Source of the DNA: an uncultured Christensenella sp.
GTDB taxonomy: Bacteria > Bacillota > Clostridia > Christensenellales > UBA1242
Direction of reading: 5' to 3'
Assembly (NCBI GenBank): GCA_964434145.1
Contig: CAYSUG010000001.1
Location: 22,933-86,932 of the forward strand
DNA length: 64,000 nucleotides
In this document: piece by piece, positions 28,833 through 37,962 of the stretch
Layout: each line of letters begins with the position of its first letter
Numbering within the stretch: the first letter of the stretch is position 1
Program-made: the position numbers and the translations under genes
Notes under the pieces: generated by a model
Told to the model about the DNA's origin: nothing
Database searches by the model: none
Seen by the model: only the letters and a program-made list of their open reading frames with translations

Positions 28833-30350
28833 TTAGATTATCTCTAGATTCTTAGCAAAAATCTTCTTGAATTCATTAGCAAGCAGCATAGAATATTTGA
28901 TCTCCAATCTTGCATCTGCGCCGCATACCGTCTTCAATATGACACTATCACCCAAGATATCACAATTGATATCTGTCACAGCAGCCTTGCCAGTAACATC
29001 TAGAGCCTCAGCCAACTTCACAATAATTGCCAATTTCTTAACAGCAGCTAAGTCGTCCTCAGATACCAAATCTTTGTATTTAACCCATTCTGCCAGATTG
29101 AAGTTGTCTGCATCACGCAACTTTGCAACAAAGCCCGCCAGAACAATCTCTGAATGAGAAAGGCCGAATAAATCACTATTGACAATAGTGTTAAATGAAG
29201 ACTTGATATGCTCGATTCCGTTAGTCCTCTTGCCACAATTAGCAAGGTAACTTGCTACACGCAGCACTCTAATATAATTTCTAGGCAATTTGTGGATAAC
29301 CTTCAATTGTTTGAAGAGAATAATGCTTAGATTGTACACCTGAGAGAAGACATCTTCCTTGCCATCATATGCCTCGGTAATAGCCTGCAAAGAGTAGCCA
29401 ATATTGTCTGCAATAGGCTTCTCGATAGTAAGAGGCAGCACATAGTTAAACAATATTCCGTACTCAAAGCCATACTTAGACACAGACACTCTGTCTTTGT
29501 TCACCCTCTCCATTATAGCCTCTATGATAGAGATTCCCGCCTTAATATACATAGTATCGCTGACAGATATACCCTTCAGCTTATTAGTAGAGCCATCGAC
29601 CGTTTTGATCGCATTGTACACCTTGTCTATATCTTCCTTCGACATCTGATAGTTATGCTCCAGATCCAGCGGATATTTCTTCGCTCTACGACTAACTACG
29701 CCCACATTTCTGAACACACTGCCAGCACCTATTATCTCCCATTCCTCTGGAAGCTCATTGTATTCCCAATTCTCCAGCATATCAATCTGCTCTGTGAAAA
29801 ATGCTCTCATTGCATCGCATTTCTCTTCCTCGGTTCCCGCAAAGTCCTTGAACTGATCATTAAGATTGATCTTGCCATAAGGTACAACTGTAGTCGATAG
29901 AACATTTCTACGATTGTAATACAATAGATTAGTAGAATAATCAGACACATCTATTACCAATCCCTTAGGCTTATTCATAGTATTGATAATGGCTGTATAT
30001 ATATTATTGATAGTAATCTCTGGGGTTAATATCTCGAATCTAAATGTAGAGATATTAGCGACCTCATTGATAAAGCCATTACAGTTCTTAGCATTCTTAA
30101 CAATGTCTGACACATAGCAGAAATTGTCCTTGATGCCATTACGATCTAAAATATCCTTGAAAATAGACAGAACTTCTGTCACCTCTGTAATCACAGAAGA
30201 TCTAATAATCTGTTCTTTCTCAAAATCTTTGGTTAGATTCAGTGGCACCTGCAAACACTCTCTGATAGTAAACGATTTGTTAGGAAAGACGTCTACTTGC
30301 TGCATCTGTATGTAATTAGTATTTAATTCAATTATTGCTATTTTTTCCAA
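28833..30350 (-). CDS. Ppx/GppA-family phosphatase-like protein with a C-terminal HD-like region
   Basis: 505 aa. It has an ASKHA-like N-terminus (degenerate AIIELNTNYIQM in place of DIGSNS) and a helical C-terminus typical of Ppx/GppA. Confidence 0.5.
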   Translation of the reverse strand: MEKIAIIELNTNYIQMQQVDVFPNKSFTIRECLQVPLNLTKDFEKEQIIRSSVITEVTEVLSIFKDILDRNGIKDNFCYVSDIVKNAKNCNGFINEVANISTFRFEILTPEITINNIYTAIINTMNKPKGLVIDVSDYSTNLLYYNRRNVLSTTVVPYGKINLNDQFKDFAGTEEEKCDAMRAFFTEQIDMLENWEYNELPEEWEIIGAGSVFRNVGVVSRRAKKYPLDLEHNYQMSKEDIDKVYNAIKTVDGSTNKLKGISVSDTMYIKAGISIIEAIMERVNKDRVSVSKYGFEYGILFNYVLPLTIEKPIADNIGYSLQAITEAYDGKEDVFSQVYNLSIILFKQLKVIHKLPRNYIRVLRVASYLANCGKRTNGIEHIKSSFNTIVNSDLFGLSHSEIVLAGFVAKLRDADNFNLAEWVKYKDLVSEDDLAAVKKLAIIVKLAEALDVTGKAAVTDINCDILGDSVILKTVCGADARLEIKYSMLLANEFKKIFAKNLEII

Positions 30351-30600
30351 AATTTATCTCCCTTCTCAAATTTTGTCGCATTTTACTATAATTGATTTAC
30401 ATTTTTATTCCAAAAATAAAATAATGCAAACTTCTCCATTTAACTGAGAAGATTATAGCATAGAAAAACAAATTTGTACACTATAAAAACACAATTTTCT
30501 AAAAATCTTGCAAATAAAAAAATCTTGCGATACATCTTGTCGCCCACTAAAAGAACAAAATGCATATATCGCAAGATATCAAACAATAACGCTAACGCTA

Positions 30601-30765
30601 TTATTCCTCTATAGCCTCTACAGGGCATACACCAACACAAGTACCGCACTTGATGCATTTGTCTTGGTCTATAATAGCCTTGCCAGTATCCATAGAAATA
30701 GCATCTACTGGACAAGCAGAAGCACAAGTGCCGCATCCGATACATTTCTCTTGATCTACTACCAT
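30601..30765 (-). CDS. 2x[4Fe-4S] ferredoxin
   Basis: Two CxxCxxCxxxCP motifs: CIGCGTCASACP and CIKCGTCVGVCP. Start assigned at MVVDQEKC after an AGGAGGAG RBS. Confidence 0.9.
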   Translation of the reverse strand: MVVDQEKCIGCGTCASACPVDAISMDTGKAIIDQDKCIKCGTCVGVCPVEAIEE

Positions 30766-30824
30766 GTCTCCTCCTAAATAACTTGAGTATACATAATAAT
30801 AGCAACTTTTGACAGATTTGGCAA

Positions 30825-31274
30825 TCACATTTTACCAAATTTATTTTTTTGCATTACAAAGCGATGAAAATTGGATTTTACTATCACATTCGTAGGCAAT
30901 TTGTCTTTGCTGGTCGCTTGCATCATTGCCTCGACAAACTGAAAAATGCCAATAAATATCAAAAAAACACCGAAATAAAGCCTTAGATTGTCATTAGATA
31001 AGCTACTGGCCAACCAAGCCCCAAGAAGTGACAGAATAACGCCAGTTATGATGATAATTAAGCCAACCTTGGTATCAACCAAATGATTCTTATAATGAAT
31101 AATTAGTGCCACTATCGCTGTAGGGATAAACACTATTAAGTTAATACTCTGCGAGACCTTCTGAGAGACGTTAAGCAGAAGTGTAAGGATAGGGATAAGT
31201 AGGGTTCCCCCACCCATACCCATACCAGCAACAACTCCGCTAACTAGTCCAGCTATTATAAACCATACAATCAT
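30825..31274 (-). CDS. TauE/SafE (TSUP) family half-size membrane protein
   Basis: 4-TM protein with GMGMGGGTLLIPIL. Confidence 0.7.
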   Translation of the reverse strand: MIVWFIIAGLVSGVVAGMGMGGGTLLIPILTLLLNVSQKVSQSINLIVFIPTAIVALIIHYKNHLVDTKVGLIIIITGVILSLLGAWLASSLSNDNLRLYFGVFLIFIGIFQFVEAMMQATSKDKLPTNVIVKSNFHRFVMQKNKFGKM

Positions 31275-31283
31275 AACATTCTC

Positions 31284-31703
31284 CTATAAAATCAGCCATA
31301 TTCCACCAGCAAGTATTATTAGGCTAAATACGAATTTGAGAAAAACATTGCTCATCCCTTTGAGTAAATAAGCACCGACAAGGCCACCTATGACAAATCC
31401 GATTCCTGTCGTCCAAATCTTGTCAAACTCGAAATATCCATTGATAGCATATATGACAAAACTGGCAATACATAGTGGGAGCATAATGAGGATAGTGGTC
31501 GCGTGGGACTTTTTCTCCTCTAGTCCTACAAAATATGTAAGTGACGGCACGCACAGCATTCCGCCGCCTCCACCCCAGAATCCATTAACAAAGCCAATAA
31601 ATGCTCCAATCAAGAGAAGAAACCACACGGGACGCTTACTTGACTGAAATATATTAGAATGCCTTGTAGAATATGAAATTAAATTAATATTGCTTTGTTC
31701 CAT
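31284..31703 (-). CDS. TauE/SafE (TSUP) family half-size membrane protein
   Basis: 4-TM protein with GFWGGGGGMLCVP. It is separated from the next half by 9 nt containing an own GGAGA RBS. Confidence 0.7.
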   Translation of the reverse strand: MEQSNINLISYSTRHSNIFQSSKRPVWFLLLIGAFIGFVNGFWGGGGGMLCVPSLTYFVGLEEKKSHATTILIMLPLCIASFVIYAINGYFEFDKIWTTGIGFVIGGLVGAYLLKGMSNVFLKFVFSLIILAGGIWLIL

Positions 31704-31964
31704 ACAGATATTTTGCGTCAAAAACTAATGAATATTCCAAAACAATATGAATAAAAGCAAATATATACAGCATAATAAAATTGGGAATTTTTTCCAATAT
31801 ACGCAAGAGAGAGGAGCGAATACTCTAAAATTATCCAAAAAATAGCATAATATTACAAAGTTAAAAAATTTGAACTAAATTAAAGTGAATTGCTTGTCTT
31901 ATATTTTAGATTATTATATAATAACCAAGTTAAGATATACTTATTAAATCAAAGGTGGGCTATT

Positions 31965-34900
31965 ATGTCAAAAACATTAACAAAAATAAAAAATATACTA
32001 TTGAAGATAGTTCTAGTGATAGGAGTGATTGCTCTGGCACTATGCAGCAGAGTGAGCATTAGCACAGCGAAGACTGTCCTAGCATTAAATAAGAAAGATG
32101 TCAGCGAAGACCTACTGACTGCGCCTAACTTCTACACCAGCAGCACTAGTTATATCTCATCTAACAGTCACTGGGATGCAACTATTCCGGACGATGAGAC
32201 TAATTCTGACTCATTTAAGAAAGGAATAGTCAATGTAGAGAAGATAGAGAGTGTGATAAAGGCAGACGAAGAGAGCACTGCTGCTAAGACCGACGGCACT
32301 ATAGTGAACAATCTATGGAAGAACTACGGATTATTCTCCAGCCCTGGCAAGATCAGCAACATATCTATAGACGAAGAGAATCTGGATGGAATTAATAATT
32401 ATCTAATGATCAACTCTACTGACATATCTGGCCATATGGGATACACTAGTGATTCATTCACGCTGGACAAAGGGTCATTCTACAAGATAGCTATAACGCT
32501 GAAGACAATTAATGACACTAAGGTTGTAGAGGTCAAGGATTCTGCTAGTGATGAACTGCAAGAGATAACAAGGACATCGGATGCTAAAGCGTCTATATAT
32601 CTAGGTGGAATGGACGAGGATTTAGACACTGATTTCGAGCTAATCAACACTAACAATCAGTGGCAGACATATTATTACTACATCAGCACCAGTTCATTTT
32701 CTAACAACCAAAATCTAACGCTAGGTCTATATCTGGGCAGCAAGACAGATTCTTGTCAAGGTGTAGTATTCTTCAACGATGTGAAGATAGAGAAGTACTC
32801 TGAGTCTGAATACATGAAGGAGACTAGCAATGTCATAACTGATGCTAGAACCAAGCTTATCAATCTAGACAACGAATATGTATACGATTTTATCCCTAAT
32901 GCCAGCTTCGAGGATAGCAGCCTAGGAACGTCATGGACAACTATTGGAGGCAACAACACTGGCGATGTATTCAACTATATAGTAGACACAACATCCAACG
33001 GATATATCAAGGGTGACAGCAAGTATCCAGCAATCCCACAGAACAACAACTCTAGCATGAACAATGTGGGTGCATTGGCACTATACAGCAACCCTATAGA
33101 GGGCAAATCTACCTACTATGGTGTAGAGAGTGCAATATTTGGTGTCAAGCAATATGGACTATACAGACTGAGCATATGGGCGTATTCTAATTCCAACGCT
33201 GCAAGTGGCGCATATATTACATTAAAAGATGTGGACAACGATGCTAATACTATTAGCCAGCAGATATCCACAACAGCTGAGACTGGTTCGTCACTAACCA
33301 ATAACTGGAAAGAATACGAATTCTATATCCAAGGCAATTCACTAAGGGATACTAATCTGAAATTGCAGCTAACTATAGGATCTGCAACCACTGGTGATGA
33401 CGAGGAAAACTATGCTATCTTCGACGACATCAGAGTGCAAGAAATAGACTATACACAATACACCTCTGGCAAGACTAGTGACAACACCCTATCTCTAACC
33501 CCTACTCAAGACAACTCTATGATAACCAACTATACTTTTGATTCTGTAGAGCAAGAATTGGGTGCTGGCAATGGTCCACTGAAGCCAACTGGCTGGACAT
33601 CTAGCAACCTAACATCATCTGTATACACTGGTGTAATTAACACCAGATCAGACCTATTTGATGCAAAGAAAGCAAGCTATAGCAATGTATCTAACCTAAT
33701 CAATCCTGGCAAGATAAACGCATCATCCCCTATCAATTCTAACAACGTATTGATGATGGGAACACCATATACTAATCAATCGCTATTATACAAGACAGAC
33801 AGCACATTCAGCCTAGAGGCATCATCGTATTATGAATTGTCATTTGATGTATATACTCAGAATTTTACTGCTAGCGACAAAGGTGCTAATCTGGAGATAG
33901 TAGATTCTAACAATATAGAATTGGTTAATATCACTAACATTCAGACCAACAACTCTTGGGCACACTACACATATTACATCTCTACTGGATTATCGGCAAA
34001 GACTTGTAACATGATTCTATCATTAATCAATGTAGACGCTTACGCATACTTTGATAACATTGAACTAAATAAGATAGAGAGTGCATTATTTGAAGAATAC
34101 AAAGAATCTAAGCCTAGTGATTCATTCGTTGATCTAACTAAGAATCTATTTGGCAGTGCTAATGGCTGGAAAACCAGCGGCAACACTGACAACGCTACTG
34201 TAGGGTTCTTGAAGGCAAATGAGCATATTGCATCTGTTAACAATGAGGCAATAGCATATATATTGTCTGACACTGCTGATGTAGAATATTACATCACTGG
34301 TGCGGAGAAATTATCTTTAGAGGCATCATCGTATTACAAAATATCCGCATATATTAATACTGCGGGCATTAGGAAGATAACAGCAGATGACAACGAGGAA
34401 TATGGCGCATCATTCCTAGTTAGTTACGAAGACAAACTACAAGGAATAAAGAATATAATAACAGATAGCAACGAGTTCGTACAATATATTCTATACATCC
34501 AGACATCAGAGGCAGACGAACTAGAGATCAAATTTGGTCTAGGCTCTGAGGACAACAAAGTATCTGGAACAGCTTACTTTACTAATCTGGAGATAACAAA
34601 GCTGGCTGACGAGGCAGCAATGAATGATGACATGGATGCCAACTCTGAAATTAAGTCTATAACAATCAAAGGAACTGTAACTGAGTCTGAGGGCGACAAT
34701 ACAGGGGCTGACGAGGAGACCCCTAGCACATATAGTGCTAACTGGTTAGCAATAAGTAGCCTAATTACAAGTGCGGCTATGATTATAGCTGTCGCTGCAT
34801 ACTTCATAAGGAAAATAGACTGGAAAAAGCGTAAGAAGAAGGTAACAACTGATTACGACAGAAGAACTACTCTGGACAAACGTTATGACATCAAGGAAAG

Positions 34901-35396
34901 AATAGAATACAGAGAGAAGTTAATCGTTGATCTAACAAATGAATTAGATACGTTAAAGGCTACAACCACAGCTGTAAAGGCAGAATCTGAGGCTAAACTA
35001 GAGGCATTGAAGACCACTGCAGATGATTCTAGTGAGAATCTAAAGAAGCAAATGAAAGAGTTATATAATAAGAAGCTAGAGATATCTAAGGAGCATAATG
35101 CTATTATTGCAAAAGATAAGCTAAATGCGTCTAAGGAGGAAGACCTAATATATAACGAGAAGATTGCACACATCGAAAAAGAAGAAAAGGCAATTGCTAA
35201 AAAAATAAAGAATATAGAGAAAACATATGACAGAGAAAAGGCAAAATACGAAGACCTATTAGATAGAGCAAAGACCAGACAAGAAGATATCAAGTCTGAG
35301 ATATACAAGATCAAGGAAGAGATCAAATCTATCAATGACGAGCTAATTAACCTAAACTCTGGCACAGATAAAAAGGATAAGCAATCTAAAAAATAG
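31965..35396 (+). CDS. large bitopic envelope protein: four jelly-roll/CBM-like repeats, C-terminal TM and a cytoplasmic K/E coiled coil
   Basis: Start assigned at MSKTLTKIKN after an AAAGGTGG RBS. The module end W..Y.YYI......L.L.LG......G.AYFDN..I.K recurs four times. A TM segment (NWLAISSLITSAAMIIAVAAYFI) is followed by a ~190-aa heptad-like tail. Confidence 0.6.
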   Translation: MSKTLTKIKNILLKIVLVIGVIALALCSRVSISTAKTVLALNKKDVSEDLLTAPNFYTSSTSYISSNSHWDATIPDDETNSDSFKKGIVNVEKIESVIKADEESTAAKTDGTIVNNLWKNYGLFSSPGKISNISIDEENLDGINNYLMINSTDISGHMGYTSDSFTLDKGSFYKIAITLKTINDTKVVEVKDSASDELQEITRTSDAKASIYLGGMDEDLDTDFELINTNNQWQTYYYYISTSSFSNNQNLTLGLYLGSKTDSCQGVVFFNDVKIEKYSESEYMKETSNVITDARTKLINLDNEYVYDFIPNASFEDSSLGTSWTTIGGNNTGDVFNYIVDTTSNGYIKGDSKYPAIPQNNNSSMNNVGALALYSNPIEGKSTYYGVESAIFGVKQYGLYRLSIWAYSNSNAASGAYITLKDVDNDANTISQQISTTAETGSSLTNNWKEYEFYIQGNSLRDTNLKLQLTIGSATTGDDEENYAIFDDIRVQEIDYTQYTSGKTSDNTLSLTPTQDNSMITNYTFDSVEQELGAGNGPLKPTGWTSSNLTSSVYTGVINTRSDLFDAKKASYSNVSNLINPGKINASSPINSNNVLMMGTPYTNQSLLYKTDSTFSLEASSYYELSFDVYTQNFTASDKGANLEIVDSNNIELVNITNIQTNNSWAHYTYYISTGLSAKTCNMILSLINVDAYAYFDNIELNKIESALFEEYKESKPSDSFVDLTKNLFGSANGWKTSGNTDNATVGFLKANEHIASVNNEAIAYILSDTADVEYYITGAEKLSLEASSYYKISAYINTAGIRKITADDNEEYGASFLVSYEDKLQGIKNIITDSNEFVQYILYIQTSEADELEIKFGLGSEDNKVSGTAYFTNLEITKLADEAAMNDDMDANSEIKSITIKGTVTESEGDNTGADEETPSTYSANWLAISSLITSAAMIIAVAAYFIRKIDWKKRKKKVTTDYDRRTTLDKRYDIKERIEYREKLIVDLTNELDTLKATTTAVKAESEAKLEALKTTADDSSENLKKQMKELYNKKLEISKEHNAIIAKDKLNASKEEDLIYNEKIAHIEKEEKAIAKKIKNIEKTYDREKAKYEDLLDRAKTRQEDIKSEIYKIKEEIKSINDELINLNSGTDKKDKQSKK

Positions 35397-35409
35397 ACCT
35401 GTAAAAGGT

Positions 35410-36552
35410 CTATTTTTTCTTAGTAAAAGCTATTACCGAGCGATAAATCATGATACTATCAAGCAAATAATATATCACTGGCAGCATTAGGATAATTATC
35501 ACCCATATAAGATTGATGAAAGTATAGTCATGTATATCTGATATATAGCCAACACTATAATCGCCATTAGCATCTGCCGCAATTACTATGTTGCCAGACT
35601 CCTTTGTAATAATGATATTATCAAACAGTTCTGTATTATTATTACTATCATACTCTTGGACATTATTGTACATCTCCTGGGAAGGATGTCCATAGCTATT
35701 GTCCCCTACAGAGACAATCAAAGATTCTGGAGTAGTCAGTTCTAGCAACTCTTGCGATGTGCTATATTTTGACCCATGATGCCCTGCATACAGCACATCT
35801 ACATCCAAATCAATCCCCGAAGATTCCGCAAAAGAGACAAATTCATTCTCCGTATTCACCCTATCGTCTATGCCAGTATTGTGCCCCGCGTCTGCAGTGA
35901 GAAGAATCTGGAACCGGCCATATTCTACAAGGAGCACAGCACTATAGTCGTTGGAAGTCTGATAATAATCTCTACTAGGAGCTAGCCAAGTAACACTGAC
36001 GCCAGCAACGACTAGTTTGAGACCAGCAACATTGATCTTAACCTCTGTATCTGACTGAAGCAGACTATCATAGAACGACAAGTATGCATCGTTAATATCG
36101 TCCGTCTGTGATATGTCTGGAACATAGGCATATCGTGGATCATATTTAGTCAATATATTGGCCGCAGAACCAGTATGGTCCGTATCTGTGTGAGATAATA
36201 TCAGATAGTCTAGTGTATTATCGTCGGGGCTAAGGACATTATCAATATATGTATTTACACTAGACCACTCTTCTTCTACCCCAGTATCATACACCATAGT
36301 GTCACCATTGGGAAATCTCATCATAACACACAGACCTTGACCAACATCGACTGTGTGTACGACTAGATCATTATCAGACACATACGACATATCTGGATAT
36401 AACCTAAGCAGATATGTCAGATTGTTATAGAATACTAAGAGCATCATTATGACTACCAAAAGGCAAGAGAAGAATATTATCCTTCTCTTGTAATTACCAC
36501 GCAAGTGTCCCACATTGCGCCTAGTTAATTTATAGTCTAATCTACCTAACAC
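35410..36552 (-). CDS. ComEC-type metallo-beta-lactamase-fold hydrolase, membrane anchored
   Basis: Motifs VDVGQG, LSHTDTDHTG and AGHHGS are present, with N- and C-terminal TM segments. Confidence 0.65.
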   Translation of the reverse strand: MLGRLDYKLTRRNVGHLRGNYKRRIIFFSCLLVVIMMLLVFYNNLTYLLRLYPDMSYVSDNDLVVHTVDVGQGLCVMMRFPNGDTMVYDTGVEEEWSSVNTYIDNVLSPDDNTLDYLILSHTDTDHTGSAANILTKYDPRYAYVPDISQTDDINDAYLSFYDSLLQSDTEVKINVAGLKLVVAGVSVTWLAPSRDYYQTSNDYSAVLLVEYGRFQILLTADAGHNTGIDDRVNTENEFVSFAESSGIDLDVDVLYAGHHGSKYSTSQELLELTTPESLIVSVGDNSYGHPSQEMYNNVQEYDSNNNTELFDNIIITKESGNIVIAADANGDYSVGYISDIHDYTFINLIWVIIILMLPVIYYLLDSIMIYRSVIAFTKKK

Positions 36553-36677
36553 TTATATCTTCCTATTATCGTACATCTAGAAATATAATAACATAGTTTG
36601 ACAAAAATTACAAAATATTTTCATTTTTTATATTATTGTGTTACAATATTGTAATTACATTATTAAAGAGGACTAAA

Positions 36678-37355
36678 ATGTTTCTAATCACAGAAAATTG
36701 GTACAATCTATTAAAAAACGAATTCGATACACCACAATACAAGAGTCTAGAGAGATTCTTGACCAACGAATACAATACCAAGACTATATATCCAGAGCCA
36801 AAGAAGGTCTTCAATGCACTAAATCTAGTAAAATACAATGATGTCAAGGTCGTGATAATAGGCCAAGACCCTTATCACAACCCAGACCAAGCACATGGAT
36901 TAAGTTTCTCTGTAGAAAAAGATATTAATTTGCCACCATCGCTAATTAATATCTACAAAGAATTACAAAGTGATCTAGGCTGCTATATGCCAAACAATGG
37001 CAACCTAACCAAGTGGGCAAGACAAGGAGTGCTGCTACTTAACTCTGTACTGACAGTACAGAAGAATATGGCGAATAGTCACAAGGGCAAAGGTTGGGAG
37101 AGAATAACGTCAAAAATAATTGAACTTTTGAATAACAGAGAGGATCCAGTAATATTCCTGCTATGGGGTGGCAGTGCCAAGCAAATAGGCAAGAATATTG
37201 ACACAACAAAACATTATGTGCTGACAGCCGTACACCCTAGCCCGCTAAGTGCTAACCAAGGTGGTTGGTTCGGTTGCAAGCATTTCAGCAAAACCAACGA
37301 AATATTGCAAAGCCTTGGCAAAAGTGAGATAGACTGGCAGATAGAAAATAATTAG
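36678..37355 (+). CDS. ung: uracil-DNA glycosylase
   Basis: GQDPYH, GLSF and HPSPLSA motifs are present. Start assigned at MFLITENWYNLL. Confidence 0.9.
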   Translation: MFLITENWYNLLKNEFDTPQYKSLERFLTNEYNTKTIYPEPKKVFNALNLVKYNDVKVVIIGQDPYHNPDQAHGLSFSVEKDINLPPSLINIYKELQSDLGCYMPNNGNLTKWARQGVLLLNSVLTVQKNMANSHKGKGWERITSKIIELLNNREDPVIFLLWGGSAKQIGKNIDTTKHYVLTAVHPSPLSANQGGWFGCKHFSKTNEILQSLGKSEIDWQIENN

Positions 37356-37366
37356 AGGAAAAAAAT

Positions 37367-37918
37367 ATGAACTTACTAGCAATGTCCCCTCTTGGGATAT
37401 CCCTATTAATGATAGCTGCAGCATTGGTTATATCATGTATTATTGTAGCTATACTAAAGAACAAAACCAAGAATATATCTGTAGTAAAACAAAAGACCAC
37501 ACTAAGTAGTGCTAGTGTCAAGCTGGTAAATGCATACTTTTCTCCAGCAGAAATGCACTTTTTGGAATGTATATACAAGTCACTACCAAAGGAATTTATT
37601 GCTTTTCCATACGTATCGCTAGAAAAAATAATGCAGCCCACTGACACCAAAGTAGACTTCAACATAGCCACAAGCAAAATAATAGATGTATGTATATTCT
37701 TGCAATCCACTATGGAGCCAGTACTAGCAATAGATCTGTATTCTCCTAGCCCGTTAAATAACAGCCTAAAGAAAATAGATCAAGATGTAATAACTCTACT
37801 AAAAAAAGTTGGACTGCCATTCATTCAAATAAGATTGGAAGATGAATACAACCTTACTATATTAAAAAACGACCTTCTTAACGCAATGAATGACAAGACC
37901 TTGGCAAAGTTAAAATAA
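37367..37918 (+). CDS. membrane-anchored DUF2726-like protein
   Basis: N-terminal TM, then FSPAEMHFLECIYKSLPKEFIAFPYVSLEKIM...DVCIF, resembling DUF2726. Tentative. Confidence 0.4.
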   Translation: MNLLAMSPLGISLLMIAAALVISCIIVAILKNKTKNISVVKQKTTLSSASVKLVNAYFSPAEMHFLECIYKSLPKEFIAFPYVSLEKIMQPTDTKVDFNIATSKIIDVCIFLQSTMEPVLAIDLYSPSPLNNSLKKIDQDVITLLKKVGLPFIQIRLEDEYNLTILKNDLLNAMNDKTLAKLK

Positions 37919-37962
37919 GTATCTAAGATATTAACTCTTAGATACTTATTTTTTATCAAAAG

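Noticed and set aside
30440-30838. 132-aa ORF overlapping the ferredoxin gene in another frame
   Set aside because: The 55-aa frame with two perfect CxxCxxCxxxCP motifs and an AGGAGG RBS is clearly the real gene.
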